Assembly (NCBI GenBank): GCA_051003155.1
Contig: JBPCLO010000035.1
Location: 1-28,331, forward strand
DNA: 28,331 bases
Source of the DNA: Fimbriimonadales bacterium
GTDB taxonomy: Bacteria; Armatimonadota; Fimbriimonadia; Fimbriimonadales; ATM1
Direction of reading: 5' to 3'
Part shown: piece after piece, positions 17,545-28,331 of the stretch
Numbering within the stretch: the first letter of the stretch is position 1
How the letters are laid out: every line of letters begins with the position of its first letter
Translations under genes and position numbers: made by a program
Notes under the pieces: model-generated
Seen by the model: the letters and a program-made list of their open reading frames with translations, nothing else
What the model was told of the DNA's origin: nothing
The model's database searches: none

Positions 17545-19635
17545 ATGCCGGTGAGCAGTATTCCGAGCCGCCTCGATACAAGCGTCCAGTACCTCAAGGG
17601 CGTCGGGCCCAAGGCCGCGCAGGTGCTTGCGAAGCTCGGCGTCGAGACCGTCAAGGACCTCCTCTACTGTTTGCCGTTTCGGTACGAGGACCGACGCGAT
17701 TTTCGGCCGATCGGAAACGTACGTCCCGGAGAATGGGTGACGCTCAAAGGGAGGGTGGTCAGCCTCGACAGCCGGAATCGCCAGGGCAACTTCACGACCA
17801 TTCGCGCGGCGATCGTCGACGGTTCTGGAGCTATCGGACTGATCTGGTTCAACCAGCGATGGATCAAGACGCAGCTCGAAAAGCACGAAGGCGAGATCAT
17901 CGTTTACGGCCAGGTCAAGGAAGGCAACTACGGCTATGAGATCGCTTCGCCCGAGTGGGAGACCGTCGATCCGGCGGACGACGCGTCAAGCTTCGCGCGG
18001 CTTACTCCGATCTATCGGCTAACCGAGGGCTTGAGTCAGAAGCTCATCCGCAAGGCGGCGCTAACCGCTGTAGCGTCCCTGCAACCGACGGACATCGAGG
18101 AGACGTTGCCGGAGGAATTGCGCAAGGCAAACCGTCTCCAGCCGCTGGTCTGGTCGATCAAGCAAGTCCATTTCCCGAACACGGAGGAGAACCGCCTCGC
18201 CGCGCGGCGGCGGCTGGTCTTCGAAGAGTTTTTTGTCATGCAGCTCGGGCTCGCAATGCGGCGGGCGCAAACGGGCGAGGAGCCGGGCATCGCGTTCGAA
18301 GCGTCACCCACGCTGATTGAAGAGTTGCGATCCGCTCTCCATTTCGAGTTCACGCACGCGCAGACGCGCGTGATCGAAGAGATCTGCGGGGACATGCGCC
18401 GGCCGCATCCGATGAACCGGCTATTGCAGGGCGACGTGGGGAGCGGGAAGACCGCGGTCGCGGCTGCGGCGATGCTCGCGGCCGTGCGGTCGGGATATCA
18501 GGCGGCGCTCATGGCGCCTACAGAAATCCTGGCTGAGCAGCATTTCGTCAGCCTGCATCAGCTATTCGAAGGTATGGGCATCCGCGTCGAACTGTTGGTA
18601 GGGAAACAGACCGCGAAGCAGAAGAAGCACGCGATCGACAGGACTACCGACGGCTCGGGGGACATTGCGATCGGCACCCATGCGCTGATCCAAGAAGGGG
18701 TTGCGTTCAAAAAGCTCGGCCTCGTTGTAGTGGATGAACAGCACCGCTTCGGTGTCTTGCAGCGGGGCGCGCTCAGGCAAAAGGGTCACGGAAACCCGGA
18801 CGTTCTGGTCATGACCGCTACCCCGATTCCGCGGAGCCTGACCTTGTCGCTCTATGGTGATCTGGACCTCAGCGTGTTGGACGAAATGCCGCCTGGGCGC
18901 AAGCAGATCAAAACGCATTGGAAGCTGCCGACCGAGCGCAACACGGTTTACGAAGGTGTTCGTAAGCTGCTCCAGGAGGGCGCCCAGGCTTACATGGTCT
19001 GCCCGCTTGTTTCGGAAAGCGAGAAGATGCTCGCTCAGGCGGCAAACGAGCTCTACCTCCGCATGTCCCAGATGGTCTTTCCTGACTTTCGAGTCGGGCT
19101 CCTCCACGGACAGCTGAAGACTAGAGAGAAGGAGGAAGCGATGGAAGCCTTTCGGCGGCATGAGATCGACGTTCTGGTGAGCACGACGGTGATCGAGGTC
19201 GGGGTCGATGTATCGAACGCGTCGATCATGGTGATCGAGGACGCGAACCGCTTCGGCCTGGCCCAGCTTCATCAGTTGCGCGGGCGCGTTGGGCGCGGGG
19301 AGCGGCAAAGCTTCTGCGTGCTGATCGGCGCGGCGAATAACCCGGACGCCGAGGCGCGGTTGCGGGTGATGGTGGAGACCACCGACGGCTTCCGCATCTC
19401 GGAGGAAGACCTGCGCATCCGGGGCCCTGGCGAGATGTATGGGACGAAGCAGAGTGGGGAACTGGAGCTTCGCGTGGCGGACTTGCTGATGGACGGCAAA
19501 GTTCTCGAAGAGGCGCGGCAGGCCGCGGTCGCAATGGTGAGCGATGACCCCAGGCTCGGCCGGCCTGAACATGCTCGGTTAGCCATTGCTGTTCGCGACT
19601 GGAGCAGCCGCATCGCTTCTACGGATGTAAGTTAA
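17545..19635 (+). CDS. recG: ATP-dependent DNA helicase RecG
   Basis: LKGVGPK...DLLYCLPFRYEDR wedge domain, MNRLLQGDVGSGKT, DEQHRFG, MTATPIPRSL, QLRGRVGRG, DGFRISEEDLRIRGPGE. Confidence 0.98.
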   Translation: MPVSSIPSRLDTSVQYLKGVGPKAAQVLAKLGVETVKDLLYCLPFRYEDRRDFRPIGNVRPGEWVTLKGRVVSLDSRNRQGNFTTIRAAIVDGSGAIGLIWFNQRWIKTQLEKHEGEIIVYGQVKEGNYGYEIASPEWETVDPADDASSFARLTPIYRLTEGLSQKLIRKAALTAVASLQPTDIEETLPEELRKANRLQPLVWSIKQVHFPNTEENRLAARRRLVFEEFFVMQLGLAMRRAQTGEEPGIAFEASPTLIEELRSALHFEFTHAQTRVIEEICGDMRRPHPMNRLLQGDVGSGKTAVAAAAMLAAVRSGYQAALMAPTEILAEQHFVSLHQLFEGMGIRVELLVGKQTAKQKKHAIDRTTDGSGDIAIGTHALIQEGVAFKKLGLVVVDEQHRFGVLQRGALRQKGHGNPDVLVMTATPIPRSLTLSLYGDLDLSVLDEMPPGRKQIKTHWKLPTERNTVYEGVRKLLQEGAQAYMVCPLVSESEKMLAQAANELYLRMSQMVFPDFRVGLLHGQLKTREKEEAMEAFRRHEIDVLVSTTVIEVGVDVSNASIMVIEDANRFGLAQLHQLRGRVGRGERQSFCVLIGAANNPDAEARLRVMVETTDGFRISEEDLRIRGPGEMYGTKQSGELELRVADLLMDGKVLEEARQAAVAMVSDDPRLGRPEHARLAIAVRDWSSRIASTDVS

Positions 19636-20953
19636 ATACTTGGCAGCGTGCTCCTCGATTCGCTGCCGGCTGCGGCCTACGAGATAAAGTCCCGCGATCA
19701 TCCCATAGGCCCTTGATCGAACCGAGGTAGTCGGTCCAATGCGAGTATCGCTGCAAGTCCATCCACAAGACGTAGGAGGAGTCGTTCGACTGCCCCCTGG
19801 CCACCATCGGGCGAACCGCGGCGTAGCCCGCCGGCACGGCCAGCGTCGAGGACGACCAGGTGTCTCCGTAGTCGTCGGTGATCCAGCGCTGAATCTCGAA
19901 TCTTCCGTCATTAGGCTTGCTTAGATATGCGACGCTTGTGTCCGAGTGGTCGAGCACGAGCCCTCCCGAGTAGTACGGCTCCGACTCGATCGTTCCCGGC
20001 CCGGTCTGCGGAAACCATCCGCCCGCGTCGGTGATCTTTCGATCCGTCCAACTGCTGCCGTCCCACCTGGCATAGTAGTATTCGTGGCGGCTTCTTTCCG
20101 GGAGGCGGGTGTACACGGCAACGGGAAATCCGTCCGCGCCGATTGCCAAATCCCAAATCCATGCCCTGACTCTTTCGAGCCTGCCATCATAGACCAGGTC
20201 GCAGTTTTCGGGTCGCACGGGAAGCGTGTGGATCGTGGCAATCTGCGTGCCGTCGGCTCGGAAAAACGCGCCCATCTCATAGTAGAAGTGATAGACGCTG
20301 TTCGTCGGCTCGCTGATCGGATGGCCGTCTGTCGCAAGGAAGTGCATCCTGGCCCTGCCGTCGGTCGCAACCTTCATATACGGGCGGTTGTCGTGGCCCG
20401 CCCCGTCTTTCGCGAAGAGGATTTTTCCCTTCGTCCACGTGCGTCCTAAGTTATCGGACCAGCTAAGTGTTGGTTTCCACTCGGCGCCGCGCCACGTTAG
20501 AAGGATCCTCTGCTCTTGGGCCAAGTAGACGGGGTTGGGGTAGCAATAGCCTCTGGGTGGCTCGTCTCTGGGGTTGAGGTTTAGCTTTCGTTCGGGCGTC
20601 CAGTTTTGGATCGATGTCTCAGCAGGCTCCACCGTTTCACGCATGAACATATCGGGCCCGGAGTGCTTTGAGTAGAACGCCATCAGGCGGTTGTCCGGCA
20701 GGAGGAGCAGGGAAGGGTTCGTGTGGTCGTCTGCCTGCAGCTCTTCGTGGAGCGTGAAGATTTCGGGCAAAATTCCCCAGGGCGAGACTTTCCCCACGAC
20801 GATGCTTCCGACGTGGCTCGTCCAGCTCGTGTAAACCGCTCCGCCGGCCACCACCGCCCTCGGGTCCGCGAACCAACACCACGCCCCGTCATCGGTTATG
20901 GTCTGGCCGCCCTGGGGGTGCAAGAGCAGGATCGCGAGTGCCGATAGAAGCAT
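19619..20953 (-). CDS. BNR/Asp-box repeat-containing protein (BNR_4-like), probably exported
   Basis: Hydrophobic N-terminus, GAWCWFADPRA, DDHTNPSL, Asp-boxes SDNLGRTW and TDDYGDTW, RPYMK...HFLATDGHP, EPYYSGG. Confidence 0.82.
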   Translation of the reverse strand: MLLSALAILLLHPQGGQTITDDGAWCWFADPRAVVAGGAVYTSWTSHVGSIVVGKVSPWGILPEIFTLHEELQADDHTNPSLLLLPDNRLMAFYSKHSGPDMFMRETVEPAETSIQNWTPERKLNLNPRDEPPRGYCYPNPVYLAQEQRILLTWRGAEWKPTLSWSDNLGRTWTKGKILFAKDGAGHDNRPYMKVATDGRARMHFLATDGHPISEPTNSVYHFYYEMGAFFRADGTQIATIHTLPVRPENCDLVYDGRLERVRAWIWDLAIGADGFPVAVYTRLPERSRHEYYYARWDGSSWTDRKITDAGGWFPQTGPGTIESEPYYSGGLVLDHSDTSVAYLSKPNDGRFEIQRWITDDYGDTWSSSTLAVPAGYAAVRPMVARGQSNDSSYVLWMDLQRYSHWTDYLGSIKGLWDDRGTLSRRPQPAANRGARCQVFNLHP

Positions 20954-21014
20954 TTGCGTGTTGTATCACATTCCGGCGCCGCGCTGGCTTGCAGTCAGCA
21001 GCCAAAGGGTTCCA

Positions 21015-21596
21015 TTACCGTGACGGCGTGGAAACAACCCGGGTTAGCCGATCGGCATGATCCATTTCGAAGTAGGAAGGGCGAATGCTCTTACCGGCCA
21101 AGAGCGAGGAAGGGAAGGATTCGAGGACGATTCGGTAGTCACGTACATTGCCGTTGTACAACCTGCGAGCTGCGGCGATTCGGTCTTCCGTATTCGCCAA
21201 TTCCTCTTGAAGTTCCAAGAATTGCTCGCTCGCTTTGAGATCGGGATACGCTTCGGCACGTGCGAGGAGCGTGGCGATAACACCCGACAATTTCGATTCG
21301 CCGATCCCCAGAGACTGCACATCCGATTGCCCGACGATGGCATTTCGGGCCGCCAAAACACGGTCGAGAAGGTCTCTCTCGTGGGCTGCGTATCCTCTGA
21401 CTGCCTCGACGAGGTTCGGCACCAAGTCGTGTCTCCGCTTCAGAGCTACATCCACATCGGACCACGACTCCTCGGTTAGATTGCGCAGCCTGGCGAAGTG
21501 ATTGTAGGTGAGAATCGACCACATCATCAACGCAAGCAGAGCTGCCAAAGGAATTAGAAACCAGAAGTACGTCAGATATCCACCCCCGATCGCCAT
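21015..21596 (-). CDS. lemA: LemA family protein
   Basis: N-terminal TM, then YN...WSDVDVALKRRHDLVPNLV...GYAAHE and AEAYPDLKASEQFLELQEELANTEDRIAAARRLYN. Confidence 0.93.
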   Translation of the reverse strand: MAIGGGYLTYFWFLIPLAALLALMMWSILTYNHFARLRNLTEESWSDVDVALKRRHDLVPNLVEAVRGYAAHERDLLDRVLAARNAIVGQSDVQSLGIGESKLSGVIATLLARAEAYPDLKASEQFLELQEELANTEDRIAAARRLYNGNVRDYRIVLESFPSSLLAGKSIRPSYFEMDHADRLTRVVSTPSR

Positions 21597-22339
21597 TTAG
21601 GCTCGAAGCCCCTGTCCTCCCAGACGTAATCCGGAATCATACCGACAAAGGTACGCAACTCGGCGCAAATGTCGCCGATTTCTTCAGCATCAAAGAAGCC
21701 GGTTTGGGTGATTACGATCCACATGTTGCCGAACTGCCAATCCCTGGCAGGAATGCTCAAAAGGTATTCGATCGCCTGCGGATGCAGTATGTCGTAAGCA
21801 AATTTGACGTCGGTGGCGGAAACGAAGTATCGGGAGTTGAAGTCCTCCGATTCGAATGAGATATCCTTTACGCCGAAGGGAACGGCCTTCCGCGCGAGGA
21901 AACCGTTCGGTGTCAGGCGCATTTTGCTCATGAGCAACGGAACGCGCATTGCGACGACGCCATATTCAAGTTGTTGCGAACTCCCCCCACCTGGGTCCTC
22001 GATCATCCGCGTGGCACGATAGTCGAAGGCATAAATGGATGCGGGACCATCCTCGAGCAGGAGGAGGTTTTCCAGGGTCAGCCCGCCGCGGAACTGAAAC
22101 GGGTCGAATTCGTCCAATTGCGTTGTGAAGCGATTATTCGATGTCCGAACGGAATCGAACGGCTCGGAGGTCCACAAATGTCGGCTGCTGAATCCTTCGG
22201 GCAGAAAGCGCATTCCACTGCTTGCGGCGACCGCGGACAAAGCAGCCTGGCGCGCCGCCCTCTTCTTGATGTGATACCAAACTGCGACAGCGCAAACGAT
22301 GGCTGCGATCGCAAGCAGCGCAAGAAAGACCCAAATCAT
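21572..22339 (-). CDS. single-pass membrane protein (DUF3137-like), upstream partner of lemA
   Basis: N-terminal TM followed by basic residues; conserved-looking DISFESEDFNSRYFVSATDVKFAYDILHP segment; overlaps the lemA start. Family name tentative. Confidence 0.65.
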   Translation of the reverse strand: MIWVFLALLAIAAIVCAVAVWYHIKKRAARQAALSAVAASSGMRFLPEGFSSRHLWTSEPFDSVRTSNNRFTTQLDEFDPFQFRGGLTLENLLLLEDGPASIYAFDYRATRMIEDPGGGSSQQLEYGVVAMRVPLLMSKMRLTPNGFLARKAVPFGVKDISFESEDFNSRYFVSATDVKFAYDILHPQAIEYLLSIPARDWQFGNMWIVITQTGFFDAEEIGDICAELRTFVGMIPDYVWEDRGFEPKWRSGVDI

Positions 22340-22547
22340 CTACGGGAATTGCATCCTCGTTGGACTCCCCACTGAGAGACGGCCTAGCGAACGGCAAGGT
22401 TGCGTCCGTGTGGCATGCATTAGGAATTGTGGCTCTCGCTGCCCTCCGCCTGAAAGGGATCGTAACGCGTGTCCGCGCGAGAAGACAGGGCTTGTGGAAG
22501 ATTACGACGCTTACATTAGCATGGGGCATTGCCGCCACGAAAGATAA

Positions 22548-23273
22548 CTAGTCTATATCCATAAACGGACGAACCTGCCACATCGACACGAGGCACCGTT
22601 CGGGTTGGCGCAGGCCGGAAGAGCACGCGTTCGGCGATGTCTTCGGACTTCATCATTTTGCCCGCCTTAGTCTCCTTGTCCCTCTCCTTCTTCGTCATCT
22701 TGAAGAAATCCGTGCTCACTCGTCCGCCACGCCTTTCCCTAACGCCTCTGTGAAGCCGGGCAGACCGATTTCGTTGCCACATAAACATCCGTCCCCGCGC
22801 CGCGTGGTTTTGCGCTGAGCGAGCCGATATTGACGATCCGACCGCAACCCCGCTTCTTCATCGGCGGCACGGCCTCCTCGCAGCACCACATGGCTTCTAG
22901 AATATTGGCGCCGATCACGTATTCCCACTCGTCGTTGTTCTTCTTCGTGTCGCCGGGCACGGCGGCGATGTATATCAGCCCATCCAGACCGCACAGCAAT
23001 CGGTCTGCTTGCACGAATCCCTCGGCCACTTCGTCGCGCCGGGCTTGGTCTGCCATCATGCCGCCGGGCTGTGCGACGGGATTCAAATCCGCGAGAGCGG
23101 ACTCGAGCTCCCGCTCGTGCCTCCCGAAGATCATGACCTGGGCGCCTTGCCCCCCCCGGAGCCAATGCCATAGCCCGTCCGATGCCCTTCGTTCCTCCCG
23201 TAGCGAGGCAAGCCTTGCCGGAAAGGTCGTAAGTCGGATAGTCGTACGTAACGGCTTGCTCTGGCGTCGCTAT
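22548..23273 (-). pseudogene. short-chain dehydrogenase/reductase (SDR) pseudogene
   Basis: Pieces in different frames: LSGKACLATGGTKGIG; GQGAQVMIFGR...GRIVNIGS...YVATK; GLPGFTEAL; EDIAERVLF; GLRQPERCLVSMWQVRPFMDID*. Frameshifts near 23150, 22765, 22718 (with deletion) and 22617; probable start codon is now ATA. Confidence 0.85.
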
Positions 23274-23339
23274 GGGATACAAGTACGCCGTGGGAACCGG
23301 CTTGCCCGAGGTTTTGTTATAGAATTGATCGCCGGGCAC

Positions 23340-23368
23340 TTGACATCGCCAGCGGATTCTGGTATAAC
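23340..23368 (+). promoter_or_regulatory. sigma70-type rRNA promoter
   Basis: TTGACA (23340-23345), 17 bp spacer, TATAAC (23363-23368), about 110 nt upstream of the 23S. Confidence 0.85.
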
Positions 23369-23422
23369 TACCCCTTGCCGGTCGAGTTGGTCTTTCGTTA
23401 GGCCGATTTCGACGCGTGCCGA

Positions 23423-23433
23423 GCTCTTTGACA
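23423..23433 (+). promoter_or_regulatory. boxA antitermination element
   Basis: GCTCTTTGACA matches the rrn boxA consensus (TGCTCTTTAACA) in the leader. Confidence 0.75.
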
Positions 23434-23477
23434 GTTGCATATTGTGTTGTGGAACCATGCATTTGTAATGACCATTT
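23427..23477 (+). repeat. 5' arm of the 23S rRNA processing stem
   Basis: tttgacagttgcat..tgtgttgtggaa..gcatttgtaatg.ccattt is a near-perfect inverted repeat of 26372-26418. Confidence 0.85.
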
Positions 23478-26371
<2,894 letters not shown>

Positions 26372-26418
26372 AAATGGGCATTACAAATGCTGATTCCACA
26401 ACACATGCAACTGTCAAA
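26372..26418 (+). repeat. 3' arm of the 23S rRNA processing stem
   Basis: aaatgggcattacaaatgctgattccacaacacatgcaactgtcaaa is complementary to 23427-23477. Confidence 0.85.
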
Positions 26419-26445
26419 GCGCTTGGCGCCCTTTGACAATTTCAA

Positions 26446-26563
26446 TTCGGGTGGCCATGGCGAGGGGGAAACACCCGTTCCCATCTCGAACACGGCAGTT
26501 AAGCCCCTCAGCGGCGAAAGTAGTTGGCTGGCAACGGCCTGCAAGGCTAGCACGCTGCCCGGA
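26446..26563 (+). rRNA. rrf: 5S ribosomal RNA
   Basis: About 118 nt, terminal stem TTCGGGTGGC/GCTGCCCGGA, internal CACCCGTTCCCATCTCGAACACGGCAGTTAAGC. Confidence 0.96.
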
Positions 26564-26574
26564 TTGATGCTTTG

Positions 26575-26604
26575 AAAAAGCCCCGCACTCGCGGGGCTTC
26601 TTTT
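26575..26604 (+). terminator. intrinsic terminator of the 23S-5S unit
   Basis: AAGCCCCGC-ACTC-GCGGGGCTT hairpin followed by CTTTT, with an A-run on the 5' side (possibly bidirectional). Confidence 0.9.
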
Positions 26605-26797
26605 GCTATCGCACCTCTGCGCGAAAAGCCAAACAGTCCGCGGGCAATTTCCCGGTGGGAGCGGCAGCTGAGAGAGTATAGAAGAACTGAATGGGGTTTT
26701 GCCGCGGGAGGGCGAAGGTTCGCAGGGCAAAGTCATAACTTACGACCTGTCTGCGTAGGAGCCGGAGGTGCCATATAGGTGATGCAAGGTGTGCACA

Positions 26798-27307
26798 ATG
26801 AATCGAGCTGAGCGCAAACTTGTCGAACGAAGTCTGCACGATGACTTTTCGAGGTGCCTTGCGCCGTTGCGTTTTCTCCCTTCCCGGTGGGTTTGGAAAC
26901 GTGATCGAAATCACCTTCACGATCTAATTGAGTTGCAGAGATCCTCGTACGGACCGGAAATTTTCTATATCAATTTCGCAATTCTTGTCAGGGCGCTGTT
27001 GCCGTATTCGGAGAATTTCCACTTGGACTGGCGATTCCATCTAGGCGACAGGGTAAATTTCCAGCTCGACTTGGAGCAGGTGGGTAAGGCGGATTTCGAT
27101 TGTATACTTGCAAAGGTTGTTGAATCGGCCGAGAAGTTCTTTGATGCGTTTCCTGATTGCGAAGCGATCTGTCGGTTCGTTCACACGGCCGAATGGGGCG
27201 ACATCGGGGTTTATCGTGTCCTGCAGGAGGGCTGTGGCTATCTCGAACGCCAGGTTCTACCGCCCGACTTTCCAGGCCTGGTGACGGGTAGTCACTTGCC
27301 GAGCTAA
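26798..27307 (+). CDS. hypothetical protein, DUF4304-like
   Basis: AAGGTG 6 nt before ATG 26798; L.PL.F...W.R...LIELQRSSYG..FYINFAI pattern recalls DUF4304; lower GC than the core genes. Confidence 0.6.
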   Translation: MNRAERKLVERSLHDDFSRCLAPLRFLPSRWVWKRDRNHLHDLIELQRSSYGPEIFYINFAILVRALLPYSENFHLDWRFHLGDRVNFQLDLEQVGKADFDCILAKVVESAEKFFDAFPDCEAICRFVHTAEWGDIGVYRVLQEGCGYLERQVLPPDFPGLVTGSHLPS

Positions 27308-27316
27308 CTCTCGCGC

Positions 27317-27483
27317 GGGTGCCCTCTGTGGTGTGAAGATTTCCCCCGGGTGGCACGGCCAGATTCGCGTGACCTACTTCAAGCGGCTGGGTGACCATGA
27401 CTCCGAATCTTAGCGAAGTTGGGTGGCACGGACGCGCGACTTCTCGTTCTCGCGAAGAGAACTTCCCGATCAGCATGTCCGTG
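27317..27483. repeat. cluster of degenerate GGGTG-footed REP-like palindromes
   Basis: GGGTG at 27317, 27348, 27389, 27421; GGGTGGCACGG exact twice; the last unit forms a CACGGAC...GTCCGTG stem with an inner GTTCTC/GAGAAC hairpin. Confidence 0.45.
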
Positions 27484-27625
27484 AACGCATACCTTTCGGG
27501 GCAGAATTACATCGCATCGATCTGGCTAGTCCCCATTTAAGATCCAGGTCAGCGTACCATCACGCGCTCGGCGATTCCGTATGGACAGCCATCTCGCAAC
27601 GGCCCATTCTTCGGATATCAGGAGC

Positions 27626-28099
27626 TCACGCCAGACCATCGGCCGTCCTTGTTGCCAGGTCCCTTACGTGATAGCCGATTCTCCAGTAGGCGACCGCTTC
27701 GACAACGGCGAATAACAGAGCATCGTACCACTTGGTGTCGACGGTCTCATCGCTCCACACTAGGACAGCCAACAGGAACATGATTGCGACCATGGCTACG
27801 AGGCAGCGTATGCTGACAACCCAGCCGACCACGAGGATTCGCTGCAGGAAGTGCTTGCCTTCCGGTCCACCGTTTCTTCGATAGATAAAGAGAGTGCCAA
27901 CAATCGCGAGCAGGAAACTCGATGCCCCGCTTAGCCAGTCCCACAGGTTCATGCCGGTCAAGGAACCAACAAGCACCAGCAGCGTAACCGCTGCCGAGGA
28001 AAGCGCGGTAAGGGTGACAACATACGGCAAGAGCTGCCGGTCCGTAAAGGGGCCTGCCGCCATTTCCTCTTTGAGCTTATCGATGTTCCAGAAGTACAT
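27626..28099 (-). CDS. hypothetical integral membrane protein (about 4 TM)
   Basis: SD GAGGA before ATG 28099 (MYFWNIDKLKEEM...); four hydrophobic segments; YRRNGGPEGKHFLQR loop. Confidence 0.75.
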   Translation of the reverse strand: MYFWNIDKLKEEMAAGPFTDRQLLPYVVTLTALSSAAVTLLVLVGSLTGMNLWDWLSGASSFLLAIVGTLFIYRRNGGPEGKHFLQRILVVGWVVSIRCLVAMVAIMFLLAVLVWSDETVDTKWYDALLFAVVEAVAYWRIGYHVRDLATRTADGLA

Positions 28100-28331
28100 C
28101 AGGCTTTCCTCGCATAGATTATCACGCATCATGCGAGATTGAGATGTAGAATTGACTCCGATGGCTAAAACGCACTCAAACGGCACGGAGTGTTTGGAGG
28201 GGACGCAGCCGGTGCCTACCGCATTCGCGCCATGCTGTCAGCATTTCGAGGGACGCACATGGGTTTGCGCCTTCGGACATTCGTTACGAGTGGTGGGGGA
28301 AGCTGGGCATCTGGGGCGCCCTCACCCCGCA

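Noticed and set aside
17494..17886. N-terminal extension of the mfd ORF
   Set aside because: Antisense to recG; Mfd length is already typical from 17487.
18562..19572. 336-aa minus-strand ORF
   Set aside because: Antisense shadow of recG.
23150..23157. Poly-G tract as a phase-variation switch
   Set aside because: The gene has several other inactivating lesions, so slippage could not restore it.
27317..27483. CRISPR array
   Set aside because: Shared sequence is only 5-11 nt, spacing is irregular and there are no cas genes.
28121..28331. Imperfect palindrome ATCACGCATCATGCGAGAT and a terminal CCCTCACCCC motif
   Set aside because: Single short occurrences, the latter cut by the window edge; not enough to call an operator or repeat.

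Overview
GC-rich bacterial chromosomal window, most likely from Armatimonadota (Fimbriimonadia-like). That taxonomy is inferred from gene style and a recalled secreted-protein domain, not from a search. Left part: a coupled + strand run of glnE, plsY, a single lptF/G, an lptD-like gene, a large GH42/clan-A-like protein with disordered termini, and era, converging on a flavin amine oxidase. Next is a degraded patch: a truncated secreted beta-propeller gene, an inverted internal fragment and a frameshifted epimerase. Then come tRNA-Arg with the uncommon GCG anticodon, a head-to-head mfd/recG pair, a BNR-repeat protein, lemA with its membrane partner, and a multiply frameshifted SDR pseudogene. 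A 23S-5S rRNA unit follows with its own promoter, boxA, processing stem and terminator, and no upstream 16S. The 23S has several unusual features: an almost deleted L1-stalk helix 78, a compensatory change in helix 93 next to A2602, G at 1067/1070, and C1916. The window ends with a DUF4304-like ORF, REP-like repeats and a small membrane protein. No CRISPR array, integrase or transposase was seen. E. coli rRNA numbering and comparisons are from memory and need alignment.
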